DNA of 63,634 nucleotides, the filler included, from Choristocarpus tenellus KU-1152 (Eukaryota; Protista; Phaeophyceae), in NCBI GenBank assembly GCA_964200185.2. It is 10 parts of 10 records of this genome, joined end to end, with 100 filler letters (N's around TTAATTAATTAA, not from the genome) between each part and the next. Parts side by side here need not be neighbours in the genome. Positions count along the whole stretch, not along the records: positions 11,824 to 15,593 come from CAXNAD020018026.1; positions 15,694 to 24,496 come from CAXNAD020004318.1; 8 more parts are not named here. The stretch is one strand, 5' to 3'. The notes under the pieces were generated by a model. That model saw nothing but the letters and a program-made list of their open reading frames with translations. It ran no database searches and was not told the DNA's origin. Each line of letters begins with the position of its first letter. The stretch's first letter is position 1. Shown here one piece after another: positions 11,824-24,596 of this stretch. A program made the translations under genes and the position numbers.

Positions 11824-14299
11824 TTGGCCGAAACGGACGCCCCCTCACAAACCACCCCCCCCGCCCAAGATACTTTGACCCGTGTTGTAACATATGTTGG
11901 AAACAACTGGCAGAAGTCGGAACTGAAGTCCCTATGTTACCAAATGGCAATTATGCATGCCACCATAGCATGATCTAAGGTGATGGATGATATTTATTAT
12001 CCTGATCCATGATTATCGCCTGTGGTAAGCGTGAAACATGTATTTCTAGTTCATGCTGGGGGGCATGTTACAGGCGAATAGCATGAGTATTTCTTCTTGC
12101 CTTCTAACAAGTGCAAGCAGTATACACGCGTGGGGAACTTTATAAAGAGGGACACCGATTTGCAAAGGGTTGCAGAGTAAGATCTGCAACTTGGGAATGT
12201 TGCAACGGTTTTCAGATGTATTCCAACTTCCGTTGGCCAAAACGAATGAACGGTAGATGACGATGAAAGAAATAAGGAAGAGCCTTGGATAATCAATCCC
12301 CTCTCATCCCTTTTCTTAATTCTGACACCAAATTTATATATTGATATTGACTGAGAAAAGTACCCTTGTTATGCTGAGCTGAGGTTCGACTAACCTGTTT
12401 TGCGATGGATTCCTCTGGACTGTTGAAGTATCCTGAGAGGCTTGCGCGAGCATCAGCATTTTCTATGGGCTTGTGAATTGGAGATATACATCCTGTGGGG
12501 GTAAGCTTCTGGAGCGTGCTGTAACAGGGGGGCAGGAGTCTACAGGAGTAAAGGGGCTGTCAAATCCCGTCTATGACAAATAGTGCTTGTCACGACACAA
12601 GTAGCCATATCTAGGTGTGTCACGCGTTTGAAGGTTGAGACACCAGGAAGATGTACAAGGAGGAGCTTGTTAGGTTCTTGGGATGCTTCTCTGGCTCCTC
12701 ACCCTGGGGTGCAGGTCTAAGCCAGGTTGGAGGCACAGGAGGGCAGCGGTGTAGCATAGCTGGTAGAAAAATAGAAGATAGATCATAGAAAAATGTATTT
12801 CACATTTACAACTGTTACTTTTTTAGGGGTTGTTATGACATTTGAATGGCATTTCATTTGCTTTTCCCCTGATACGTCTGCAAAATGTCAGAGGTTCAAA
12901 TAGTACAATTCTGAGTAGGTTATGTTTTAGCATCTCAATGTTCACTATAATACGGTGTTGAGGGATCGAATCCTGTCCCAACTCCCTGGAGGAGGACGAT
13001 AGAGATTGAGTGAGAGTGGTCCAGGGACAGACTGAGGAAGAAACGTGAAGATTGAGATGGTGGGGAGCGTTCATCATTGGGTTCCTGTTGAAGAGTAAAC
13101 TCTGTTGGGCATTCAATGCCCTTCTAATTTATCAAGGCACAACTCGCGCGAAAAACCTCTGAGAGTCCTTGCATTCAGGATTCGACGCCTGGCAATCTTT
13201 GATCATTGATGTTTTGGACTAGATGTGCAGTTAATCAACGTGCTGCAAACTTCTGGAGCCGTTGTACAATGCTATGACAGGCTTTTGAAGCCAATCGGAG
13301 CGTGTTTGGAGCTGAAATGGTAGTGAACCGTCTCTGGCATAGAGGACTTAGGTACTAGTTCAGACGTGGGGTGGTGTTTCATTGTGCACATCACCGTTCT
13401 CAGGTTGTGGTGCACGGAGTTGAGTATTGTGCGGTTCGAAATAGAGGTCTGGCATAGGGGAAGTACTGTGCTTAAGAACACTACGACCTGTGCACTGTGG
13501 CAGTATTGATCCTTCCTCGGCCTTTCCCTCACCTCTTAAATTAGCAATTATGTGGGTTTTCATTGAAATTCGCACCGTTCTCGAACTGTTGTAGTGGACA
13601 GGGGAGATCCCATGTCTTCGGGTGTTGATAAGCTTTGCGCATGAAAGGCTCGTTGCCGAGAGGTGGTGCTGGGTTACATGGTGAACATACACCGATCATT
13701 CATTATCCGATGGGTTCATATCTTAGCCATCACTTCACATAAAACAAAGTCTGACTCACCATACCACCGTGTACGGTACTAATATGTATTGTCCCGAACA
13801 TTAAATACACGTACAAGAAACTGTCGCATTATGTTATGTGCTTGTGTATCAGGACAAATAATGTGAGCTTAACACCAGTCATCGCGACATCCTCCCCTTG
13901 CTAAAAAAAGGTATAAACTTGACAACCAAAAAAAACACATACACATGTTATCTGAAAACTTTCTTTGGAAAATTCTTACTGAATACTTCTGTCCCCTAGC
14001 TTTCAGTACAAAAAAAAACACTTATCTTTCTTTTTCTTACTAGGTTCCTAAAAAAGTAATTTATCGGATATCAGTATGTGCTTTGTCCTAGTAGAGCTAG
14101 TTCTATTTCGTACTAGTTTGGTTGCACTATCATTGTCCTTAAACATGCCAGTGAAACGGCTAGGAAACTATGGCTGAACAAACTCTTGTGCCACACTACT
14201 GAGGACTCATTACTCTCCGTTGAAGACAGAACGACAACCTTTTTGAACCCTTAGTAACCAACATATTGCTTCTCCGACAAACAGTATGAATCTCCAGTC

Positions 14300-14970
14300 A
14301 CTGTTCCCCAAACATTACAATTCCCAGCGTAATTGGCATCAGCACATGTACTTCATTCACATTCAGTATCATCAAAACTGCAAAAATCAATCCAACACTT
14401 GGACGCGAATTCAATTATGGAAAAATACACGCAAAGGCACACCACTGTGCAACTTCGGGACTGCTGCTGTACTTGGCAACATCACGAACTGCATTGGCAA
14501 TGGCTCAAAGTATCTGGGAAGGGTGGCGACTGTCCATTTGGGGTCAATTTTTTCATGTCGCGATTTTTGAGTGATTTGGTTCCATAAGTTGGATGGATAG
14601 TGAAAGCACACTTTTCCTGGTTTTGGTCCAAAAGGACACTCTGGTATAGACCCCCCTCCCCCTCCAGATACTTTGGATCAATATCTAGTCTGGTCATGAC
14701 AGCTGCCCACGTTAAACAACAACCTCTCTGTACGGGATATTTCCATCGACACTTGGATGATCCTTCTCCTTGCCTAATATCCTTGCGAGATCATGGGGTA
14801 CCACCTTTTCTTTGCCCCACCCATACAAAATATTTGACAAGTGATCGCTGTCTTTGCAATTTTGTCAAGTGAATTCTCACAACCCATACAATGTTCAAGA
14901 TCACCAAACACCAAAATCCTACATATAAAACTGCTCCTTAATCCCGGAGCAAACCTAAATAAAAACATCT
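14300..14970 (-). pseudogene. Possible Ulp1-like cysteine protease remnant of a DNA transposon
   Basis: Degenerate motifs ILVFGDLEHCMGCENSL and QQQSRSCT..GAFACIF resemble Ulp1 HW.LV..D....YDSL and Q....CG.F.C; interrupted by MITE B. Confidence 0.25.
14502..14679 (-). mobile_element. MITE family B, full copy
   Basis: GGCTCAAAGTATCTGGG ... CCAGATACTTTGGATC; perfect AAT/AAT flanks. Confidence 0.85.
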
Positions 14971-15756
14971 CGCATTTCTGCTAGCGTCAGATCATCAACA
15001 TCGGGGGCTATTGGAGCACAACCATCGTTTTTTTGCAGAGTGTAACACGGAGGGATCTACTCTGCATTGCTCGAAACCTCACAGCTCCAAAACCTACACC
15101 AACAAATCTTCGCACTCCCTACTGGCCTATTTGGTGCCATAAAGTGCTTCACTTAAACGCACAATCTTCTCTGACCACAGACCACATCTAATACAAAAAA
15201 TAACTATTTATCCTCTAATTTCTACTAGTTTAAAAGTTTGCTTCACATCCTAATACATGAATCCTTGTTCGCAGCTAGTGCCAAAAACATTCTTAAACAT
15301 ACAGGGCATGTTGTCTGAGCAAAGTCTCCACTTCCTGAACTCTCACCAACCCAGAAAAACTCTCTCATCACCATCTGTGCCTCCGTCCAAACAGGAGATG
15401 CCAACCTCATATTTCCCTTGTACCCTCCAAATCAGTCCAGAAGAGAACATTCTCAATACCCCTCAGCTCTTTGACTGAGAGCAGATATGCCTTCTAGTGC
15501 TTGGGAGAATGTGAGGGGGCATATGTAGATAGGAGTTGCACCCTTCCTCGACAGGGGAACATGTGCAATATATAGGACAATAGTGAGGTGTACNNNNNNN
15601 NNNNNNNNNNNNNNNNNNNNNNNNNNNNNNNNNNNNNTTAATTAATTAANNNNNNNNNNNNNNNNNNNNNNNNNNNNNNNNNNNNNNNNNNNNCCTAAAG
15701 GGGCAAGGGGGGGCTGGGATGGTATGAGGCGATGTAGATGATGTTTTAGGTATCAC

Positions 15757-17806
15757 CTGAGGCATATCCCTCAAACTCTGGTAGCTCCATTACAAGTAAA
15801 CTTTTCCATCCTCCATCATCCAGGATAGCCTCCTATGATATTGGGCGAGAGTGGGGAGGGAAAGATCACTAAATGCAATGGTGGAAACATGGGTTACGAC
15901 ATAGCAAGGGTGAGAAAATCGAGTGAACCACCTGAACAAATCGAAGTAATAAGGAGATATTACATGTAACGGCAGACAGAGAGGGGAAGGGGTCTCTTTA
16001 TGTAGCGTAGCTGAGAGGAAGAAGTAGAGCTACAACGGTTTTTCCTCTAGATAGGTGACAGATTATAAAGGGTGGTTGAGGTGAACAGCAGTGTCTTCAC
16101 AAGAGCAGAAAAAGTCGAGTAGAGAAAATGATCATAGTAGACCTCCCAGATATTTTTCCTCACCAAGTCCTTCCTCAGGATTTCACCAAAGTGAAAGCCG
16201 TTGGCAACCAGTATCATGTGAGCACCGCTTGTGTGGTGGGATGCAGCATCCACCACCTCCAGCAGAGGACACCAACCAGAGATATGACCTGGCCTATGAA
16301 AAATATCCTTCACGGGTGTGAAATATGGAAATATAGTGGTGATATAGTAAATGCATATTGGAAATAGATCATATATATATGTTACGAAGTACAACATAGT
16401 GTTTTGGGCACAATGGAAGGTTGTGCATAAGCATGTTTATGAGAGCTTGTGATTGCTGTCACGAAAAAAATAGTTCTCCAAAGTTCACAACATACCGCTT
16501 CAACATCCCAAGCAGATGATTTGGTGTGGTGGGGTAAAATTTTCTGCAGTACATTGAAACATATACTCTATCAACATGTCACAGTAGTGACAAGTCATAC
16601 TGTTGTGTTGTACCTGGAGTGTTCTTTCGTTATGTTTCTTCTTTTTCCTACATTACATCATCTGCAAAATGTCAGTGGGCATAATAATATATAGAGCTTC
16701 AATCTTTCGCTTCTCACTTAGAACTCTCAACTATTACAGTAGTACGGGTTCCCTATTTTTTTCGCGTACTCTGGAGTGCACTATTTCGTAGAGTATGGAG
16801 TATGGAATATGGAGAATATAGGCAAAACAATATTTCAACAGTTTCCAGTGACCATACCAACAATATATGGGTTAAGGCATCTGGAAGGCATTGGCTGTCC
16901 TGATATAATTGAAATAATATAGCTTTATCTTACCTTTCTCGTAGCTCAAAGTATCTGGGGGGGAGGGGGGATACTTTGGGGATTCATAAAATAAATAAAA
17001 TATTTTTTCCTTTTTTTCCCTTTCTCGCAGCAAAGATTGGGGGGGGGGGGGGGGGGGGTCTACACTAGGGTGTCCATTCGGACCCTAACCAGGAGAAGTG
17101 CACTTACATTATCCATCCGACGCATGCAACCAAATCACACAAAAATCGCGATATGTAAAAAAGAACCCCAAATGGACAGCCATCACTCCCCCCCCAGACA
17201 TTTTGAGCCTCGTTGGTGGCGAAGAACACTTGAGTGAGGTTTGGGGGATGTGCTTGGCTCACCTCCAGGGTTGCAAGCAGTATTGCGTGCTTAGTCCGGA
17301 GCGTTTGCCCATTCCCCCATGCTTGGCGACGCACCTCCTCTACAGCTTTCCTAGCCTCTCTATCACCTCCTCCAACTACATACGCCAGTTCCACTACCTA
17401 AATTTCCCGTTGAGGATGATGGTTCGATTTGGGATGCGGGGTGTTGGTGGCAGAGATGGGTTCAACGCAAAGATCACAGCGAAAAAAAATGTCATACCCT
17501 CAACACGTGTTCTATCAATGAACATATGTACCACCGGGTGGATAAGCCTGCTCTCACACAGCTCCAGTATACCTCCCACCATTTTAGTGCTCGCCGTGAC
17601 TTTTGCACCTGCGGGATCCAGGAAGATCCTTGTAGAACCCTGATTTCTCGAATGTCTCCCGCACTGACGCTTCCTTTGACGACTGTAAGAGGGACAGGTT
17701 GTATCATGCCCGCCGACAGGGAGGTATTAGATGTTTTCACCCGCATAAATAACGCTGCGCCAAGCTGGACGAGACATATGGCATTGATAGCTGATATAGC
17801 CCACAT
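15757..17806 (-). CDS. Unknown multi-exon gene divergent from the ABCB gene (partial, possibly with a signal peptide)
   Basis: Phase-compatible exons 17806-17609 (MWAISAINAICLVQLGAALF...WIPQ) and 17397-17263 (VVELAYVVGGG...LATLE, donor GTGAGC); likely further exons ~16290-16163 and 15832-15757 (EAILDDGGWKSLLVMELPEFEGYAS); middle junctions unresolved. Confidence 0.4.
16943..17209 (+). mobile_element. MITE family B with duplicated or garbled left end
   Basis: AGCTCAAAGTATCTGGGG ... CCCCAGACATTTTGAGCC; TCGT/TCGT flanks. Confidence 0.75.
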
Positions 17807-18018
17807 CACAGTCAATGTAGTGGGCAACTAGAGGGTGAGGGTTTTTAAATAGTAGGATCCAAATACACAAAAATACAAATTTAAATGGTAGATACGGTTG
17901 GAAAGTCTAACGCCAACCGTCGCCTTACAAACTCCTGCTGTGACCCTTTTTGCGTTTACTACACCCACTTCAGAAATCGGATAAACGTCAGATACTTGAT
18001 GCTGCATGCTTCCAGGAG

Positions 18019-21000
18019 ATGTCAGCGTTGCTATTTGTCAATGCCAAACATTTCATATCTAATGGAGTAAAAGCGCCTCTACGGTGCCCTACGCGAGCCC
18101 ATACTCGAACGCTCCGATCTCATCCACCATTGGCAAGATGGACATCGCAAGGACAGACCCGACTCAATGCAAGAATAGATGAGAAACACCTTGGAAGCAT
18201 ATCACTAGTCAATAGGTGGAGTTGGATCAGCAGGGATGGACGGGCGTGGGCATCGACGTACCGTAAGCTGAGTGGAAGCGAATCGGACAGACTGTCGTCT
18301 TCTCGTTTTAGTTTGGAATCGCCAGAGGCAGACAAAGAAAACCCTGCTGTAGATAAGGTGAGGGCATCGATAAACACCGTGATGTGTGAGAAAGTAGATT
18401 ATCCCCTGATGAGGCCATTCCACTTGAGTGCTCTCTATCCCGTAGTGTTTCACGGGATGGGGAGTCCGGATATGACTATTTCGAAACACTTCGAAGAACA
18501 ATACATCGCCTGCACCTATTGGAACCATGCATGCTAGGGGCGGAATGGGGTGCACCAGGCTCGTCGTCTCCTTGCTGTGTCCAAGCCGGAACGGAATTTA
18601 GTGGGTGGCTCGATCATCCTCCTCTTTGGGACGACTGGCATCTCCCTAGCAGTCCCAAAGGTAATGGGTGGATTGATCGACTCCGTTCTGCAGAGCACTG
18701 GTGAGAAATTTCTTCTCATTTTGATTCCCCTCAAACTATGTATGCCCTGTAGATTCATTTGCAGAAGTGTAACATGGCGAGCAGCTGTATATGGTCAACA
18801 TACTTTGCCATCCCTGCTGTTACAGTGTCTCAAGGGTGCACACCCAGTCCGTAAGATATGACAACTGCATCATAGCAAATTTTGAGTCTTCAGGCATACC
18901 CAAGAAAAGGGGGGTATCCCACTGTATACTAGGTAGGAGTATGTGGAGTGGTTCTACCTCGTCTTATGCCCTGTTTGGTTACTGAAGCCACTTTTTAAGG
19001 CTGCACAGGAAGTTCTTTGGGATCTTGACTAGGAGTGGAGACTGGGTATCATCTGCACAATTGTGGCAGATGAAAGCATGAGTCACCTTCTGCAAATGTT
19101 AGCTATGGTTCCACTTAAAATGGGAATCAAAGTCATGTGTGACCGTTGGAGGGGCATAATCAATTGGCCCTCTTGAACATGCTCGGCAATCTTGAGCACA
19201 TTCAGCCTCAGTGCATGCAATTCCTATAACGAGTTTGTGTACACCTCAGCAGAAAACTTGGTCTGCACAGGCACGGGTGAGTTGAACGTATCCAATATGA
19301 AGGAGACACAAAACCAAGTCACTAACTTGGTCTCTGAAACAGGAGCTTCAAGGCAAAGATTCTACCCTCAACACCCAGGGCTATCACCTTTTTGCTACTG
19401 CCTGACCCCACTAACCTTCAGGTTTGTACACTCCATTGGAAGCTGCAGGAATCCTCATGGCCATGTTTGGCACACAGAGCCTGATGCTTATGGGAAGGTA
19501 AGATTCATTAGCATCTAATGGGTATTGTAGAATGCATACCCTCAGGAAGCAGACCAAGCTAATGGCATCTACCCATTGTATCCTATCCCAGCCCTGCTCC
19601 TCATGATGCGTTTGTCCCCTTGGTGTCAATGGCTTTTTGCCCTCTAGGTAACACTGTACTTAACCAGTTTTTTGGCATGCAGCCCTTGTATCAGGAACTA
19701 GATTAGATTTTCCCTTGGCCTTGAAAGAGTAGTCTTTATGGCTTTGCCTTGGGGAAGAGGCTATTTCTACCCCCTACCTTGTAGCTTCTCCGAATGTTGT
19801 GAAATATTTCAATTTAGGTGTGTGTGTGTGATGGAGGAATCAATCGCCATGTCCACCCATTGATTTCCTTGCACTTGCGATTTGGAACGGGTTAGGTCAG
19901 GACTCATGTCAGTGGCAGGAGAGCGAATTGCTGCCAGGCTCAGGAGTCTTGCCTTCAGTGCCATGGTCAGACAGGAGATGGCCTTCTTTGATCATAACAG
20001 GCTAGTCCCTCCCCCCCTCCTTTCTTGTCCATACTTGAAAGTACTAGTTTTCACTCTTGCTCTCCTTTAATGCCTCAGTCTATTTCTAACCTACTATTAA
20101 TAGTGCCTTGAATTTCATTGTGTCACCGTTCTTTGATTTAGTCCGATTCACAGACCTACTGCTTTCATCACCCCTTTTGTGATGATCCGCCTCCTGTTCC
20201 CACCGAGTAAACTTCCTTGCTCAGCAAGTGCGGTTGCTTGACTCTAATTGCCTGCTACTATTTGAGTGTGTTTTGGTTTGTTGACTAATTGCTTGGTAGA
20301 TCATATGATACAATGTGCATGTGTCTGAAATTTTTCTCTCAGCTACTCTAAAATGTTGGACCACTTTGGCCTTTTTACAAGGTGGTTTTTCTATCTCTTT
20401 CCAAGCATCTATAGCACTACTGCACAACAGTGTGTGTGCACACCTTACAAATCTGTGTAGCGAGCATCAGAAAGGATTAAGAGATATCAAGGGGTTTGGG
20501 GATAATGATTCCCTCTTATATCTGCACCGTGTGAAGGGCAGAAATTATGTGGATTGAGAATTTAAACAGGTATGAACTGGGGGTGGGGGATATTGAGCCC
20601 CTCTTTAGAAAACAAGTATGTTTCCCTAAGTGATGATTTTTTGTAGAAGATGACAGGACTTGAACTACCAAGTTTCAAACCCTCTAGCACATGGTCACTC
20701 CACTTTTGGATATGAGGACAGAATGTGATGGAGATTGTGATTCCAATGGAATGTCCTTTCACCAGCCCCTTGTCTATTGAGTGCATCCCTGACTATGTGG
20801 TGGTGATTGTGATTGGCTGGGGGACAGCTGGTTACCTCAAGGGGCTCAGTAAAACGCCTGAGCAAAAATGTAAAATGGAGGGCGTTATCTTCTGTTATTA
20901 ACTACGGTGGTTCAGGAATACAAAGGGCTTGATTTTGGAGCTCTCCCCTAAATCGACTCTGTATTTTGGAGGCATGGACAACAAGGATGGCCTAAGATTT

Positions 21001-23769
21001 TTTTATTTTGGGGTTTGAAACCAACCACTACTAATGTCAGAGAAGGAGCAGGAGTTTGTCCCACGCACATACCTTTGCATTAGAATGAGGGAGAGCCAGA
21101 CCTTCAACTTTTAGTGCACTAGTGGTCACAGGACCCTTGACTCAGGCCCTTAATACTAGTGGTGAGACTGTCCAAGGATGTAGTTAGTCACTGTTCCTGG
21201 AAGAGTGTGCATACCTCATCCTCAAGTCCCTACGTTGCCTGCTGTATCACACATGGTGGCATGATGCGCTTCAAATCTGCTTTCACCCCCCCCCCCCCCC
21301 GCCCCCCCGACCCACGCACCAACACCCGCTACGTCTCCCCTATTGCAGCATCNNNNNNNNNNGTCCCCCCCCAGTCTGCGTGCCCCCCCCCCCCCCCCCC
21401 CCCCGCTGCGCATTTTACCCTACGTCCTTGGCCTACCTTATGGATTTATATCAGGACAGGAGACCTGGTAAACCGCCTGGCCAGTGATGTACTTTTGGTC
21501 CAAACTAGCCTCACTTCTAGTGTGGCACAGGTAAGTAGGAGCTACATCCACAGCACCCTGTTTGAGTTCTTCTGACCACTAATTCGAAACATGTAGTGCT
21601 TTTGGAAGGGTTCAGGGGTGGGGGAATTAAGCACTATTGTCAGTGTGTTAAGACGGTAGGGACTGGTCTTGTTGGCAGTAGCAGGGGTGGTGTTTCTTGA
21701 CACGAGGCAATGTCGCGATGAGGAGAACCTAGAAAACGTTCTCTAGGCAGCTTAGGTAAGATAAGATCAGCATTTTGACAGTAGGAGATAGACCTGCACA
21801 TATATATGCATAAAACCAAACGTGCAGCATGACATCCACCTGCAAGGGCCTCCGCAACACACTCATGGTGGGAGGCTGTGCTGGCATGTTGACATGGCTA
21901 TCGCCTGAGCTGGCCGCGGTGAGCTTGGCCATCTTCCCCACTATTGCTGTGGGTGGGGTCTTTTTTGGACGGCGCATGAAGCGTCAGCAAAAGGAAGTAC
22001 AGGAGGCCCTGGCTGCCAGCAGTGCTGTGGCAGAAGAGGTAGGGATGGTGTGAATCTCACTTCTTGGTTTCGTGAAAGGTTAGGATATTGTTTGGTTTTT
22101 CGAACTTGTCCCTCTTTGGCCTGTCCTGTGGAATGGACCCTAGGGAACCAGCAGTGCTTCCACTGTGGTGGCATGTCCAGTTCCCTCCCGTTGTGTCAAG
22201 GAGCAATCGAATTGTCACACCAGGATGCCAGATGATGATATTCTGAATACAGACTTGGGTTTTCGATTGGGCTCAAAGTATATGGGGGGGGAGGGGGGGT
22301 GTCCATTTGGGGTCAATTTTTTCATGTTGCGTTGCGGTGCGGTCCTCAATAAATCCCACATTTCGGTTTCAAATGTCTGGTTTTGACGGACAAGTTGCAC
22401 CCAAAGCACAGTCGTAAGTTGGCATCTATTTTATGATTTTCTTACTGTACTTTGTTCAACTGGAGAAGAATGTCAACATGTTGCTGCCTTTTCTCTGAGA
22501 GCATATTTTTTTGTGTGTTTTGCTTGAAAATACAATGGAAAACATTTTCTTTCTCAAGGTTCTGCCCGCCCAATCAGGCAGTATGCTTAGCTTTTTGTGT
22601 AGTGCAGTGTTAATTGACTCTCCCCTTTCTCATGTTGAACACACTTATGATATGATGTACTAATCACAGATCTATGCACCCGGAACTCAACCCATCCTAG
22701 GTCCTCTCCAGCATGCGAACAGTGCGTCAGTTCAGTGCAGAGGGGCGGGAAGAGGATCGATACGCCTCCAAGGTAAGAAACCCTACTGTAACTCAATTGA
22801 TAATCCAGTCCTAAGTCCTATTTTTGCTAGAGCAAAGATGATGACTTCAAGAGAGGCTCATTTTTTTGCTGGGTGTTAGAGCTATGTTATCAAGCTTGCC
22901 ATCGTGTGTTGTCTCTCTGACCATGTCAAGAATGAATCTTATCCCCAATATTGTAGCACCCCGTGCCTACTACCTATTGCCCACACAGCCTACCACTTCC
23001 CATCGCATCTGGCTCGCTCCCCCAAAGGTGGATGACTCTCTCCGATTGGCATCTAAGATTGGGGTGGCTGATGCTGTTTTCCAGGGCAGCATGCACCTTG
23101 GTGGACACGCCTCATTGGTTGCTGTTATGGGCCTTGGAGGGCAGCAGGTTTGCTGCAAGCTCAGTAGATGTAGGGGTAGGGAGATGAAGGGATAACACTG
23201 TGGCCATGAGCACATACCTGAGAGATTCCCACTGCCCCCCTCCCCCCCTTAAGAGGAGAGTGCTGGTGCAGCAGTCTTCCCTTTTGTCTTCTTGACATTT
23301 TTCCTTATTCTGCTTACCTCTTTGCCTCCCCTCCCCTCCCTTCCCCCCTGTCACATATGAATGCGCTGGTGGGCTCTTGTGGATGAATGACACCTCTTCT
23401 CCTCCGGCACACTTAAAGGTTGCCTCTGGGGCCTTGAGTGTTGGCGACCTGACTTCATTCCTCCTCTACTCCACCTTCCTGGCGATCAATTTTGCTGGCC
23501 TGACGGGGGTATATTCCCAGGTAATGCGTGCCCTTGGTGCCAGTGAGAGAGTGATGGACATCATTGCCTCTGTGGAGCAGGCCATGGTGGAAGATGAGAA
23601 AGATAAAGAGGGCTCACTGAGGCTGGGGCAGGGGATGAGGGAGACAGTGGAAGCAGGATCGGCGGGAGGGTTGGGAGGGGTAGGTGAAGGGGGTTGGGTA
23701 CGCCCAACAAATCTAGAGATTGCTGGTGGGATGTCGCCTGGGGACGTGGCGGGGACGCTCGTGTTCAAG
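18019..23769 (+). CDS. ABCB10: Mitochondrial-type ABCB half-transporter (ABCB10/Mdl1-like): N-terminus and transmembrane domain; ATPase exons lie beyond the contig end
   Basis: In-frame exons 18019-18357, 18559-18700, 19422-19497, 19896-20000, 21455-21530, 21847-22038, 22701-22772, 23028-23147, 23419-23769; motifs [77 protein letters not shown]; Arg-rich presequence-like N-terminus. Confidence 0.9.
18760..19350 (-). mobile_element. Degraded LINE RT fragment in ABCB intron 2
   Basis: Minus-strand TGTGCAGATGATACC (CADDT, YADD-like) at ~19045-19059 in heavily degenerate coding-like sequence. Confidence 0.25.
22270..22332 (-). mobile_element. MITE family B, truncated, intronic
   Basis: GGCTCAAAGTATATGGGGGG..GTCCATTTGGGGTCAATTTTTTCATG. 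Confidence 0.7.
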
Positions 23770-24596
23770 GCAAGTTGTTTGGTGTTTGAGGGTGTGTGTA
23801 TGATGCTCAGTGACTTCTCTCATGTGCTAGGGCAGAGTTCCTGTTAAGTCAAGGAAGTGTTGCTTATTTTGCTTGGGGATAGTGTGTGTGATGGTGTGAT
23901 TTGTGGTTAAAGTACCAAAGCACGGAGTATGTTCTTTTCTTGTTTTTTTACTTCACGGATTTAACTTCAGTATTTCTCTTGAAGTGTTGCAACAGAAGTA
24001 ATGTTTTGCACCTCATGTTTCTCTGAAGATGCTAAAGAGGTGTGTGACACAGTTAAGTTTTCGCTACCTCAACCTCATCATACTCTTTTATTCTATACTT
24101 GTAACAGGCTCTGCCAATCCTATCCTTTTCTCTCTTTGTGAATAATATTACTTCTATTCCCTTAAATGTTCTGGCTTGTCACCCTTACCTTCTTTCTTCT
24201 TGTTTGTGCTTTTTTTAGCAAGAGGGGATTGGGTGGAAAATAGGAAGGATAGTTTTTTTCCTAGGGTGAAGCTATTACTTGGTGGGGGTATACACTAGGC
24301 TGGGCTTGTGTCAACCTTTGTGTCCAATGTACACCTACTCATGCAGTCCCAATGTTTGATGAATGAAGTGAAGTAGCAGAAAGGGAAAATTGATGTTCCA
24401 TCCACAGTAATGGTTGAGTGCTATTTGCATTCCATGGTTGAAGTTGTGACAATTGCTCTTGCACCTGTATCCCCACACCTTCAACCCCCCCCCCCCNNNN
24501 NNNNNNNNNNNNNNNNNNNNNNNNNNNNNNNNNNNNNNNNTTAATTAATTAANNNNNNNNNNNNNNNNNNNNNNNNNNNNNNNNNNNNNNNNNNNN

